A stretch of 64,000 nt of DNA from Epiperipatus broadwayi (GCA_028023455.1 JAQFVV010000001.1:31000001-31064000); one strand, 5' to 3'; positions 39,964 to 56,639 are shown, counted from the stretch's first letter. Numbers and translations are program-made. Notes: generated from the letters alone by a model not told the origin.

Positions 39964-42900
39964 ATATATATATATATATTGTAATACACTTAGATAATGA
40001 TTAGAACTATATGTTTTCATGTATCACAAATGAATTTATAATAATTTAACTTACATCATAAACTCATGAATTTATAAGGCAATAATAAGCCCAAGCATTG
40101 ATAAATACTTTTATTTAGTAAATAAAAAATGCAATAAATAAATGATTTATTATTTAGTGACTGTGTAGCTTGGAATATATAAATCAATGCTTTTGAAATA
40201 ATTTGTATAATAGGTAAATCAAATGATGCATAGATTAATAATAAAATATAAGTTTATTAAGATAAAAATAGAAAATTAAATTCAATAATTGTAACTTAAA
40301 ATAATTCATTGTATTATTATAACCTATTCATCATAGATTACAGTTACCAGGTTGTGATCTACATCTTAAAGATTGTTAAACATACATATTCAAAAGAGGG
40401 TTAATAGATATAATCTTTCACACAATATAAACATTTTCTCTTTTTTAAAAAAATATCCATATATTTTTTAGTTCAAGTAATGCTTTTATCACATTCACAT
40501 ATGTTCAGAATAAAAACAAAATTTAAATGATATATATATATGTTTTAATTCTGACTTATTTTCGAAATATTAATGTAAATAATTTACTTACTTAATCTAT
40601 TAATTAATTTTATACAGAATAATATAAATCACATTATTAATTTAAATTTTAATAGAAAGAAATTTGACAGATATCTATCACTATATTATTATTGTTTTGA
40701 ATATTGAAGATAAAGTAAAAGTTAGTTTTAAAAAAGAATTTTCAGAAATTATTTGTTTATATTGATGTCTATTAACAAGATCTACATCTTTAACATTCGG
40801 ATTACAGTTTTATTTTCCCACAATGTTTCTCCATGACATTCCTACAATGATAGACAATGATGTAGCACTCCACGGGCATTCTCACTAGATGGTGTCCAAT
40901 TATTCATTTTTATTAAACATTTCGGTTCATATCAAATCCATAGGTTCAATGACTAAATAGTTCAGCATAATATTCATTGTTACTCATTTATTCTTGCAGA
41001 CAATAACTAAGGAGAGTTCACACTCTCTTCTTCTTAGTCTCTACTCAAAGTTTATTACAACTTATATTAAAATTCACAGAATACTAAAAGAAAGCAGGTA
41101 AATTAAAAAAACTTTCATAAAAAAGGTGTTTTTTTCTTTATGAGTTTTTCCCCTTACTTTGCAACAATGCATTTTTTTGGCTTGTAAAATAATGAATTTG
41201 TTTTTTTTTAATCATAAAAAAGTTTATTATTATTGTTAAGTAGGATAACTTCTATATTTTACTTTGAATTAAATAAATCATACATTCACTCTGCATTAAT
41301 TCTAAATTTGAATTTATTTATTAAACATAAATGATTTTTTAATATTATTTTCTTTCTTTATTAATCTGTAGACTTTAGATAGATAATATGTAATGGATGT
41401 GCATGTCACAATATATATATATACATACACACACACTTGCTATATTGTTCTCTTTAAATAAGAAATGTTGGATATATTTGGCGATGTTCTAGTATCAATA
41501 ACATCTTTAATTTAATGATTTCTGTATTTTAAAAAAGTAAAAAATATATATCAATGTGTTTTTTCCTAGTTGAATAACCTTTTTATTAAATGCAAAATAT
41601 CCTTTTTACTGTTTATTTTTGAACAGAAGACAATGCCTAATGTGTTTTAATATAATGATATACTATTGATGGATAATGGATTCAATATTTTAAAGTTTAG
41701 TGGGAACAATTCTTAGCAAATAAAAAAAAATAACACAGTTTGAATGATTGAATCGAACTATTACTCAACCTATTTATTTAAACATTGTAGAACATTCTTA
41801 TCAGCTGACCCTATGATTATTATTCTTTTTTTTATTGAAAGTGATTGTTTTTTTAAAATTTCACTAAACAATTATACCATCAATAAAAGCATTATACCAT
41901 TATCCTTGTTTATTTCTTTTTAATGAATATTTTGTTAATATAGTTTTTATTTTGATTATGAAAGACATTAGAGTTCATGCTTTTCTGTATATTCAAGAAA
42001 ACTATCCAGTTTCTTTATATTTATAGAAGTTAATATAGCTTTAATACATAGAAGTTTCATGACTTACATTTGAACTCAAACCAAATGTATTCTCATTTTT
42101 TTCTTAGTTTTATAGTTTTAATTAACACATTTCCACGCAATTCACATCTATTTTTCACATTTTTCATTTGTTCCTCAAAATTTCTAATTTTTATACATAT
42201 TTCATCACTTTTTTTAAGAGTAAAAGATTTTTTTAAAAAGTTTATTTTGAAAATAGTTTTTGAATCCTGTATATATATATATTCTAACCTCCCCCCGCGC
42301 GTTCTCACCCCAAAATTATTGTTTATAACCTCCCCGGGTTCTAGCTCAGTTAACAAATAAATAAATGAAATATTCAGCATTGATTAAAATGATTACTAGC
42401 TCTAATTTTTAAAATACAAATACGGTTCAATTTTTAAAATGAATTAATAAATATTTACTATTTTCATGAGACATAGAGTGACAATACGGGGAACGAGATA
42501 GACTACATTGAGACATTATCCACACGATACTACCTCAATGGCATAAGAACACTATCCCCCCTTTTACTATACCAAAATAACTAATTCATAGTATTCTTAC
42601 GACTTTCTAAGCTCTATTCACTACGATTAAAATAATAATCATATCTTAATCTTCTTTATAACAAGAATCTAGCTCAATTAAATAAAATGAAGCAAAATAA
42701 ATAAAATAAAATCTCAGGTTCACAAATTGTATTCTAACTGATTTAAAATTACGGTAGTAAAATATGAAAAGGGAATTTTATGTCATAATCTACTGCACAG
42801 CAACTAACAATAATAAAATAATAATAACAATAATAATATAATATAATCTTATTTCTTCCTAAATGAAATAAATAAATACTTACGTGGTAGTATTGTAATA

Positions 42901-43699
42901 ATCTGACAACAGAATACGTGTGGCAACATTAGCATATAATTTAATGTAATATTGTGGTAACCGACTTATGACCAATAAATAATATAAAATTATTATTCTT
43001 TTAATTTTAACATACCAATAAATTCTCAAAATTATTATAACACTTTTATGTTTACCTTTTTGTGCAAAACCTATATGTCTGTTTCAATTATAAATGTATC
43101 GTGATTTCATGCATCCATGTGGAGAAATAACAACGCGGACACAAAACTTTAAAATAAATTTAAAACAAAGTTTATTAACAACATAAATAAATTAACAATA
43201 TTTTACACTATATACATTGGATATCCCTTACTCTCCTATCTCAACTTAGTTTACTAGTTTATAAAAAATGAAATCAAAATACTATTTATTTTCCTAGTTA
43301 AATCTTATCTTTTAAACACTTAAGAAAATTACAGTATTATTACTTGATTTATTATTATGGTTAGCTTGTTACAAAATGCATTTCTTATATGCTTATCACA
43401 AACACTTTCATCCCTAATATTATTAAAATTATATTTTTTACAAAATTTACATTCGTAGTAAAAATTCTACAAAACAATAAAATTCTAGTTTTATATTGGT
43501 TGTATGGAATCTTACAAAGTCAAAACATTGTTCTACATTCGGTATTAGGGTTTTTTATTGTTCATTATCCGATGTTTATTAATCCTAATATTCTCATTTA
43601 AGCCTTACTTCAGATGATATAATTACAACTATTAATATACCATGCACAAGTATATATTTATTATACCTTATTGAACTATTTTCTTAATAAATATGCAAT

Positions 43700-45880
43700 A
43701 CTTATTTTCTAAATATTATTTTAAAAAAAAATTCAAATTTTATTATCACTTTTAAAACAAAATTTTTAAAATACTTGGTTTAGATTTCTTTTTAAAATCT
43801 TATTCATTTCTGAATTAATTTTACAATGTATTATATGATTCTTTCTCTCTTTATGATATTTTGGACTTTCAATTTTAAAGTTACACAATTCTATACATTC
43901 CAGCAAATAAACTATTCTTACATAAACGATAACTTATCTTCAGTTCTATTTTATTCATTATTTCTCTGAAAATATCTTTCTGACCGATGCAGATTCACGA
44001 AATAAGGATAGCGAAGATAGATGCATAGGATCAAAATATAACTAGAATATTACTCATCATAAACCTTGACAATCATGGCACAGTGAATTAAAAGACACTA
44101 TAGAGGAGTGACCTTTACCTGTCTACCAACCTCTATCATAGGAACGATGTTAAAGCTATTTCTTCAGCTTTATTATAACATCAAAAAGTTTAAAAATATG
44201 CAAAACACTGTCCAAACCATATGTGTTCAGTTATAGGGCTTAGTTAACTATACTGAAATCACACAAAACTAAATATGATCCAAATCCTTTATTTTCCTAT
44301 TTTTTTAAAAAAAACCATCATCTTGGTTTCCTCTCCACTGGTACTTCCAGGTCACTATCCGATCTTATTTCTCAAGATTTTTCTATACTGTACATCGACA
44401 AATACATATCTGCATTACTAACAATAATAAAATTCATTTATTTTAACTATTCCACTGTTCTATAAGAAAATCTTTTTAGTACTTTCCTCCGTATATTTAA
44501 TCATATACAACTATTTAAATATCTGAATACTTTATCACATGAAAGTTCAAAAGAATCACACAATTGCTCTGTTAAATTATATTATTAATATACTTTAAAT
44601 AAATTATTGCATGCATATTCCGAATTACTCCTATCTCATTATATGTTAAAAATGTTGTATAAAATGTGTACATATAATTTAAACTTTCACACTTCATTCT
44701 TAATCAATAGATGATCTAAAAAAAATACATTATGCATTATAAATAAATATCAATATTACCAAACGATCTTTATCTTCTCGATCGCATTCCATAGGCTTCA
44801 CCATCCATTTGATTCTTGTAGATATAAGACTCACATACATACACTTTATTTTTAAACAATATTTCTAATAATTTTATCAAGCTATTATATTTAAATCTCA
44901 ATATTACTAAATTTATGTTTATATGTTTTCCCTAATCTCACATAACATTTTATATTTAAAATAAATTAGTAAAAAAAATATTTAAACTATATTTACTGTA
45001 CTTCTTTATCGAATTTTCTTGAAAACCGTTCATATTAAAGCTAAAAAAAAATGTTTATTATTTCTTCTTCAGTCACTTAATGTTCTATTTTAATGCGAAA
45101 CAATTATTGCTCTGTTTAATAAATATTCATAGATGACAATCCTTGGTTTTTTTATAATATTTAATACCATTATTAATTATGATATTAATTAATCCCATAA
45201 AGAAAACCTCTAAATATTTTCTTCTAATATTTTCTGCTAATATTTTCCCGCGCGACTTTTATGATGCATCTTCTAGGTACTTTTATTTAAATATTCAGTA
45301 AATTTTTTCTGTCTCCATGGATCCATTTTATTAAGTATATTAGATTTATATTTTTCCAATTTCTCTTAGAGAAAGTTTTTCTGTTCTTTTTTTCATAAAA
45401 ACACAATAGCACTTTCATATCATTATTCTATAACTTTTTTCCTTCTTTTTTTTAAAGTTCTGGTAACTATATACTTTGTAATATTTCCTTTAAAAAGACA
45501 AACATTTTTTTCTCATTATAACTTTTACATAATTCTTTATAATATACACATCTTAATTTTCCCATAGAGAAGAATAAAAAAAACTTTAGAGTAGCCTTAT
45601 AAATTTGTGCGTCATAATTTTCCTGACGGCAAGTAACTTCTCTTTTAAGTTTTCCGTATAGCGTCCAAATTATATTCCTCTGAATTACAATAATAAGTTT
45701 CTGGTTGAGCATAAATAAAGCTGTATCAAGGCACTTTCCAAATATTTTTCCTTTATCATAACTTCTATATACTGTTTTCTGTAGTATTTCCATTTTTACT
45801 GCAAGGTTTTGGCTAAACTTGAATAAAATCACTGGCAAGAAAACTTTTAAAAATTAGCCCTTCGTGTAAAGGCAGTCAAA
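43700..45880 (-). mobile_element. Ancient LINE ORF2 remnant (clade unresolved)
   Basis: Weak minus-strand motifs in the expected order: TEEEII (~45055-45075), AYGMRSRR (~44775-44800, cf. QxGFRxGRS), ETKMMVF (~44310-44335, cf. KTKVMVF). ORF 45467-45838 may be its upstream part. Confidence 0.4.
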
Positions 45881-46858
45881 ATATTATATGTTAAAAAAAA
45901 CTTTTAAAATAAATACAAAATTTTAAAATTATATCACTTTTCTAGCTTACGGTCTTATTCAGCTAAAAAATATATTACTCCCTCCTTCACTTACACATTA
46001 CTTTCTCCCGCTTCGTCTAATTCTTATATTTTGTCTGCTAAATTACCTCCGTTGATTGGTTAATGACTTTTTTAGTGCGAACAAATTTACACATTTTTAG
46101 TTTTATAACAGTCTAGATTTTTCAAATAAGACATTTATGATGTAATGATTTAAAATATTACTTAGAATAGTATTTTTAAACTCAATTATAGTTTAATCAA
46201 AATCATTTAAATTTTAAAACAATTATTAAAATAATATCTAATATTTCAACTTTTATTTCAACGATAGACAGCAATTACATTTAGTTCCATAATTCATAAA
46301 CTTTATTATTATTCTAACAAGCGTGTGTGTGAAGGTATATAATATACAGTCACATGATTACTAACTTTAACAGATGATTTTTTAATTTAAGTCTCGGTCT
46401 AAATTACCAAAACTGATATATTTTATAAAAAATTTGGAAAATAATTTCAAAATGTAGAACCAAATATAATTCTCACCATCATAAAGTTTATTTTAAAATA
46501 TATTAGATTAAATTTTGACTATTAAATACAATTATAATATTACATATCGTTTTTTATTTAATTTATTAGTTTTAAAACATTACAATTGGATTGTTAATAT
46601 ACTTTTAACTATTTATAGCTGTGTTATTTTATATGGCCAGCTTTTACAACCATAAGCAAGGATATAATTAAGCTTTATTTAACTGTTCCTTTTAAAATAA
46701 TCTATTACACTTTTATATACCAAGTATTTTCAGCCTTAAATTGTACTATAAGATCTAATCGATCATACAATTATCAATATATTACACAAACGTATTTTAA
46801 AATTTAAAATTTTTTAGCAATTGACCATTCTACCTTATTATGATCTATAGATAAGGGC

Positions 46859-46861
<3 letters not shown>

Positions 46862-46928
<67 letters not shown>
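46862..46928. repeat. (TA)n microsatellite, ~33 units
   Basis: Directly visible. Confidence 0.95.
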
Positions 46929-46934
<6 letters not shown>

Positions 46935-49149
46935 ATCCACTTTATATATTTTTTATTTTAATTGCTCTCCTATGAGCTTTTTAAAACCATGTAATTTTAA
47001 AATAAGTTTCTTCAGATAGTTAAAATGCTTTACATAAAGGATCTTGTTTTTATTTTTAACTTCCAAAATTTATTTTTTAAAAATGTAATTGCTTCATTAT
47101 TACTATTATTTATTTTTCCTAATGTTTGTCCATGTAATGGAGTCATAATTTTTTTATCTTTGAAAACATTACAACCAATTAAACGTAATTTCCATCTGTT
47201 TTTTAAAGCCTAAGCCTCAGTTCTACTTATTTATCAGTATAACAACATTACACTTCTTCTGTGTATCTGTGGGCATTATCATCAATCATTACATCATCTA
47301 AATTTATTGACAACTTTTTCTTTATATTAGTTATTGCATTCTTCTGCTTGGTAGGACACCCTCTTTGCCTGTCATATATACTGTTTTAAGAATGAACTTT
47401 TAAAATTTTAGTACCCTCTCATATATTTTCATCCTAAAGTCTCAGAAGTTAAATTAAAATCTAGATAACAGGTTGTAGAACATTCTGTAAAAATAAATAG
47501 AGGGATATGAACATAGAATTTTCAGTTTATATTCATCATTCACTCCATCTCAAACAGCCGATACTCATGACCACACATATGTGAAAAAGATATATGATCC
47601 CCAATATACATATTTCGTGCAGAACCAGTACTTATCAGTTGTCAGATGATAATCTCCCACACATATATACAGTCAGTGCTCAGCATATATTAAGATAGGT
47701 TAACTATTATGTTAAAAAGAAAATTACAGCTAAACAAATAAAAAAGAACAATTATTATTAATTTTAGTATTTAAACAAAAACATAGCTGTTGGTTATCAT
47801 TTGTAAATATTGTAAACTAAGTATTTTTAACCTTGCTAAAAAAAATAAAAATTTTAAACTATATTATAGATTAGTATTTTTTCAGCAACTTTTATTAACT
47901 ATTAAATCTCAAGAATAATTAAAAATGGTTGTTTTTTCAAATTTATTTTTATTATTAAAATCATAATATTATATAAAAATGATTCTGTGTAATAAAATGC
48001 AAGTGTAAAATAGAAAAGTCTTGGATTGAAACGTAACCTGTCTTTTCCAGTGCTCAAACATAAAGCAATCTCCTGCATGATTAACTCTTTGATTATTTAT
48101 TTTTCAAATGTTTAAATCTCTAACACCATTTAATGATTAATTAAATTAATTTTGAAATATATGTATTTAAAATGAAGCAGAGATTTATTTATTATTCTAC
48201 ATAATAATCTAAATTTTTTTGAAAATATTATTGCAACACTACAATTAATAATAAATATTATTAAGAATGAAGAGAAGACTTAAATATATGAAAGATCAAG
48301 TATTACGATTTAATAAATAAATTAGCAAAAACCTCATTAACAAACCATATAATTAAATAGATAAGTTATCAAAAGCCATACAACTAAATAAATAAACAAA
48401 ATATTAAAAATAGGAAAAAGTTTGATACATATGATTGTTTTTCTCAAATAGTCATACTAGAACACATATAGGTATGATGTAAGTGTATATTAATTTAGTT
48501 TTAAGTTTTGCTACTTATCATTTATTAAAATAAGTTCATTTTTTTAAAATATGTAGCTTGGTGAATTTTAAATTTAGTTAATTAGTTTTTAAAATCTTAT
48601 TGACATTTAAAAGTTTATAAAGAGTCTGAAGTGGTAAAGAAATGATGAAATTACTTAAATCTTGTTGAAATGAACTCTTATCAACAACAGGCAAAGAAAA
48701 GAAGAATCTAATAATCAAACATTTCAGCACTTGATAAGGTCTGTTTTAAATCTAATAATATTTGAGATATAAATTAAAACACTTATTTTAGAACTCAATG
48801 AAAAACTTTAGTAGATATAAAACATTGTTGCACAATTTGAAATAATTAAATAAACATTAATATTTGTATACACTTTTTTATATATAGTATTTTGGAAATT
48901 TTTTATTTCTTTTCAATAGTTTATTTTTTTCTAAATAACTTATGCAATTCTGTCTTTTTTTTCCAATAAATATTATGCTATTTATATTACATCAGCCATT
49001 TCATTTCTTTATATTATTACTAATGATTTATTCTAACATTATGTGGTTTGCATATTTTTTTAATTTATAAAAAGTAAAATTCTTATTAAACTTATTCATG
49101 ATTTTGCATAATGAAAATGATTATTTACTTTTCTTCTCCGTTCATTTTT

Positions 49150-51830
49150 TCATTTTTTATTTATAAATAACTTTATTGAAAAAACATATGTAAGAATGAT
49201 ACAATTGTAAATCAAAAACAATAGTTATCCATGTTGCTCAAGCAACCAGATGGTCTGATATGGTCACTGGTGTTGTTTAATCCAGCTTGATCAGGCTCCA
49301 TGTGTTGTCAAATAAAAATCTGGATGAGATGATTCTGTCATTATAGCAAAATTCCTTCAGCTTGGAAATGAATGTGTCTTCAGGCTTGGGATGAGAAATG
49401 GTAAACTTGTTGTGACATCTGGATATCCAGGTGACATAAGATATAAAGGTTGAGAGTCTTGAGGTGACATAATCCCTGGAGAGGAAGCAGCTCTTGATAT
49501 TTAATATTTTGTTCAGGGAAATGTGGCTATTGTGAGTAATGAATTTTCTGATTTTTTCATATGCTGGACAATCATTTATCATGTGATCAAAGGTTTCTGA
49601 GGCTCTGTGGCAGTTGTGAGACATAGAATCTATGTCCTTGAAGAATCTCCTGTAGTGCAGGAACCAGTTCATATGGAGTGAATTCAGGTTGATTTTCACT
49701 AGAAAGTCCAGGAATCTTGGCTCCAGCTTGAGATGCTTGAAGAACCTGGTGACCACCTGATTGTTACTACTGAGGTAAGTAATGGTAGAGTTTTGAGTGT
49801 GAAATAGCAGGTCATGAGCATCTCAAAAAGAGAGTTTCTGTCTGAATATTAGGGTTGAGTGGCCATTGTCAGTGAGAAGGTAGCCAAGTATCTGATTTAG
49901 CCCACTTATCTTCAAAGGTGGAGGTCTGGCCAATGGAATGACTGGTTGTTCCATTACAATCTGGGGAAATTTATTTTGGAGGATGTGGATCAGAGAGTGG
50001 TACTTTTGGTAATATATTGCAAAAGTTGCATGCAATGACATACCATTATTTTTCCTATGTCGCTGCATGCATTTGATTTCTATGTTTAACCATTCCATAA
50101 AAGCCTTGCACAGATTCGGTTGATTTTGGTATTGAAAGTCTTCATCATGTTTATGATGGATAGATAGTAGCTAATCTTTGTTATTACCTTGATATTGAGA
50201 AGAGAGATTTTTCCCTTGCAGCAATAAATAAATTCTGGCAAGGTTTTTTTTAACTGTGTTGGTGGCGGCTTCAATGGTGATTCTGTATTTGTATCAACAT
50301 GGCTTGGGGTACTTGTATCTAAGGAACCCCAAGAAGCTTTGAGGGTCTGATGAGAAAGGTGATGAAATATTCTTGTCAGTGTTGATTTTCCAGGCCAATG
50401 ACTTGTTAAGATTGAAGGAAAGTTTGGAGGATTCGGAATTTTTTTTTGATTATTTGGGTGTTAGATATTTTTGGGAAGGTAAGGTGACAAGTACATCATC
50501 CATCTAGGTGAACATTTTACAGTGTTTCTTCAGCTGGGGTACATAGATTCCTGGAAGTCCTGCCTCAATCTATTTAAGAAGGTGGTTTAGGTAGAGAATG
50601 AATAGGAGGCCACTAAGTGGAGATCCTTGGGGTATGGATCTTGAAGGAATAAAACCATCTGTAAAGAAACTGTCAGGGAAATGTAGAATAATCTGTTATT
50701 TAGTAGATTGTCCAATATCTGAATTATTTGAGTAGGAATGTCTAGTGCTGAGAATCAATTGAGCAGGATGTTGACATCTACTGAATCAAATGCCTCAGAG
50801 ATGTCCAGCTGAATGGCAATGGGCTTGTATAGATTCTTGGATCTGATATGATCACAGAGAATTTTTACCTCCCCATTTGCAGAGAGGGTAGATGAGCCCT
50901 TCAACTGGGATATGTTGTCCAGAACATCTTGTATTTTCTCCTTGATCACCTCTTCAATGACCTTAAATAGAATTGGGGTCATGAAGATTGGCCTTATGCT
51001 AGACAGAGCAGATGCGTCTCAGTTTTTTTTAATGGAGGGGACCATAGCTATGGGATAAAGTTTAGGGAAAGTTCTTTTGCTGTTTGTAAGATGGTTAATT
51101 AGTTTTAAAACTATGGGAGCCATGAAATTCTCAAGGTGCATGAGCATGAACTTGGGGATTCCATGTAGTCCTGGATGGACATTGGGAGGCAGAGTGGCCA
51201 AGTGGTTTTTGATGTTTGATATTGTTATTCCATGTTCATTGTTTTGTAATGTCTCATGCCACTAATTTGTGGAATAGGGAACAGAGTTTAACGGATGTTT
51301 TTTGAAATATGACTCTGGTTGCCAGAGATGTGGCTACCATCGATGAGGAGGGACAAAGAAGTTTTCTGTTTCTTCCTTGCCCCCAGGGCCCATCTGAGAT
51401 AGCCATGCATCCAGAAGTGTTGGCCAGGTAAGTATAACCTAGCATTCTTTGTTGCTATTATTTCAGCAATCACAGCTTGTTTCTGCTTATACTGTGTTTT
51501 AAGTAACAGGAGGTTGTCTATAGTACCATCACTTGAGAAATTTTTAATCATGTGGTGTAGCATATCAAGCTCATTCATAAGGGTTGTTGACCCTTGATGT
51601 TTTTTGGTGTGCTGTATGATTACAGTTTGGAGGATGCCTGTGAAGGCAAACCAGGCCTCCTCTTAGTTTATGTTCAGAATGTTAATTTTTTTAAAGAGTA
51701 TGTAGGCATCTGAAAAAAACAGCTTCCATGGTAGCAGCTTTAGTTATAATTCTGATTGTTTTATTGAAGTCTATGGGAGAATAGGAGTTCAGATCCAGAG
51801 ATGCTATCAGGACAAGATTTTTAAATGTGA
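49150..51830 (-). mobile_element. 5'-truncated, decayed L1/Tx1-clade LINE ORF2 with A-rich tail
   Basis: Minus strand reads AIQLDISEAFDSVD (ORF 50755-50982), SIPQGSPLSGLLF (~50600-50640), T*MDDVL (YxDD, ~50490-50510) and a C-terminal zinc-finger-like CH...ETFDHMINDC with YVTWISR (ORF 49277-49756). AATAAA and an A-rich tail lie near 49140-49180. Confidence 0.87.
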
Positions 51831-52039
51831 GAAATTGTCAAATTTTATTTTAGGATGCACATTTGTGCATTTTTTATTTTTCAACTTCATATGATTTAGT
51901 TTCCTATGACAATCTGATTACCTTTTTAATTTATTATATCATCTATTTATATTATTTTGATCACAAAGTTTTTATTAATACAATTATTTACAAATATATC
52001 ATTTTGAACCATTATGAAATCACCATAGAATGAATGTCC

Positions 52040-53560
<1,521 letters not shown>

Positions 53561-55467
53561 TCAATAACTTATTTTATTACTGAGCTAAAACTATCTTACT
53601 TTCAAATAATTTAAGCTTATCAAATATTTTAGAAAATAACATTATAAAGGTATTCACAATTATAACAAAATTATAAAGAAGTGTGTCTAGAGAGGTTTTT
53701 GAATACAATGGATGGGGAAAGGATTTTATGCCCACCCCCTGCATCCACTATCACTTAATAACCATCCCTATTCATAATTTATATTTCAACTATATTAAAT
53801 TATTTGATAATTCTAAGTATTGGAAATTAACCATTTTAAATAATTTTACCGGATATTATTTACGAAAATGATGATTCAACTATTAATAATAATATATTGA
53901 TGTATGATTGGATTTGAGATGTCTAGGTAATAATAACCCACAAAAACATTGAGACATATGCAAATTTTATTTAAAACAAATAACAAATTTTATTAACATA
54001 GTACAATTCAATACAGAATATACACACTCGCTTGATGACTCGTATGGCTTCCCCTGAACTACAACCGTATTATGATAATAAAAAAAAACTAAAATAAATA
54101 TCTCTAAATCAATGGATAATATCAAGAGGTTTAAAATATCAATATTCATTTTCTAATTATCAGGGCATCATGATTACCATGGAGTAATATTAATATCAAA
54201 TAGAAAAAAAGCAATATTTACCTTCATATATTATATTTTCATTTTTATCCCAGATACAGCAAACATTTAATTTCTTCCCATGTTTAATGCTTTTAATTAC
54301 TGATCTGTTTTTAGAGCTAATTCATCCCATAATAAAATTTAATAATTTTATTTAACTATTTTAATCTAACATTCCTGCGCAAATTTACTAATTTTATTTT
54401 GTCATTTTGATCTAATATTCCTTCGCCCTAATCTTTACAATAGAGATATTTTATGTATGATGGGACTAAGTCAATGTCAACAAATCGGTATCTAGATCAA
54501 TCATAATCATACGTGCATATACTCTATACTCACGTTCTTATGACCATAATAATATTTTAATAATATTACCTTTCCAGCAAAGTTCTCAGCTGGCTGTGGA
54601 AATATTTATTAGATAATTTCATATACGCATTGCTTACACTTACATTTGTAGGTTTCATTTAACCCTTAAATTTAATATTTATTGACTTTATTACTCTTGG
54701 CTCTAATTAATAAATTAAACTAGATCAACAAAACAATATTCAAGTACACCAATCATGCACACATTATCTGCATTCATCCTGACATCAAATTGAGTTTTGT
54801 GACCCTGTATCGACATTTATAAGTAATGCTTAATAATAGCTATTTTTCATACTCCTGTAAGGAATATCAACATTAACATGAGGCAGGCAATGACCCGAAT
54901 AAGAGAAAACCTTTTCACTAAGGTTGAGATATGCTAGGATTTATATCGCTAGTCATACAAAAAGATTTAAATGTACCTATTACCTCTGGCCATCAATAAG
55001 GAAATCATCTTACAGTGTAGAGAATAATCAAGTAGGAAAAACTCTTCCACTGTCTTTAATTACTTTATAAATATAGTATAAATATCTTAGTGAGCTACAA
55101 CTTCACTAGCTTGGTGGAGACTCTTTGTCCATCCACATTATATACAGGTCAAAACATCAACTTGTACAAGTAAAACTTTCTTATGTACAATATTCTTGTG
55201 AGTTAGTGTACTGGAACATGAGACAATAATTTTTAAAAGCATTAATCAGCTTGTATCTGGCCTTAACTTTATGATAATAATAAGAAGAAATAATAAGAAA
55301 TATGTATTAAATTTTTAAAACTATTTCCATGCACTTTTATAGGATAATGATAATGTTTTAGCCCAATAGTCACACAATCTTTATACTAAGCATTTGACAA
55401 TAACTTCTGATCCGATTCATTCAAAACATTTCCCTTAATAATAATATCTCTCATTTTTTTTTTATTT

Positions 55468-55620
55468 CCCCCCCAAAAAATGTAAAGCATTTAAAATAAG
55501 GCACATACAGAATGACTTGATATTAATTTTATCTACCCCCAAAATGATAATAATAATAAAAAGCATTTAAAATAAACACATACAAAATGATCTGACATCA
55601 ATATCTCTACCCCCAAAACA
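55468..55620. repeat. Degenerate ~66-74-bp tandem repeat (2+ copies)
   Basis: cccccaaaa...aaagcatttaaaataa..cacataca.aatga...tctacccccaaaa recurs, with C-runs at 55468, 55536 and 55610. Confidence 0.75.
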
Positions 55621-56584
55621 ACAACAATTATAATTCTGACATGAATTAATTTTAAATGTATATATATGATAAAATATAAAGAAAGAAATTCTTTTTCTTT
55701 CTTTTTTTAGATTAAATGTTCTACATGAATAGCGAATAATAAAATAAAAAATATATACTTAAAGAGTTCTTTGGAAGTGTCCTTCAAGTTTCTGGTTTCC
55801 ATTTTTCCTTTTCCTTTTCTTCCTTGATTTGTTTGTATGAGCACATGAGTTTATGTAGTGATAGAGTTTGATTCCTATGCCATCAGGTATACAGTTTTTA
55901 TGCTGCTGAAAAGATTTCCTCATTTTGATTTTATGTGGATTATAGCTGAACAGAACTTGTTTAAATTTCTAAATATATAAGTCCACTTCTTGTTGTCTTT
56001 TTTTAATTCATTTAATATTCAAATTTAACACTTTATATTCAAGATCAAAATTTAGGTTTTCTTATTTTCTGTGGTTTAAATTTTACCATTTGCCAATTTG
56101 TGATCAATTAGTGCAAGACAATCATGACAGTTGATTAACTTCAGGAGATCAAATGTGCACCCAACTTAAAAACATACTTGAGAGACATTTTTCTTTTTTT
56201 CTTATAATATTAAATTTGGCAAAGTTGTTTCAAGAGACAAACAAATAATTTACAATAAACAATTTCTTTCTCTCACAGTTTCTTTCTTTTTTTAAAAAAA
56301 AATGTTTCTTTTAAACTTTATAGCAAAGTTTCTCTATAAAACCGAGGAGAGAGAACTTGCAAAAGAGAGATTCAGATAGAACATCCAGCCCCCTCACAAA
56401 ATAGCAAAGCTTTTATAGTGTCTGGTTTCTTTCTATCCCTCTTCCCCCCATCATGACATTTTATTGACCCTTGAGATCTGGTCAGTCTGTTTTCTTAATT
56501 AATTGTCTTTTGTTTCTTTTTCTTTCTGGTTATCTTAACCTTTTGAAAAATCACTGCCAAATTCATATCTGCATTCTGACAGAA

Positions 56585-56639
56585 AATCACCAATTAATCT
56601 TACACTTAACACATAATCACCAATTAATTTTACACTTAA
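56585..56639. repeat. 30-bp period tandem duplication
   Basis: aatcaccaattaat(c/t)ttacacttaa at 56585 and 56615. Confidence 0.8.

Noticed and set aside
42093-42380. 95-aa Lys-rich minus-strand ORF
   Set aside because: Low-complexity AT-driven composition, no motif and a non-ATG start.
43096-43260. LTR-like fragments (also ~18075-18300, 53900-54060 and 56330-56460)
   Set aside because: They have LTR-like composition and TG/AATAAA cues, but I could not define paired termini, a PBS or TSDs.
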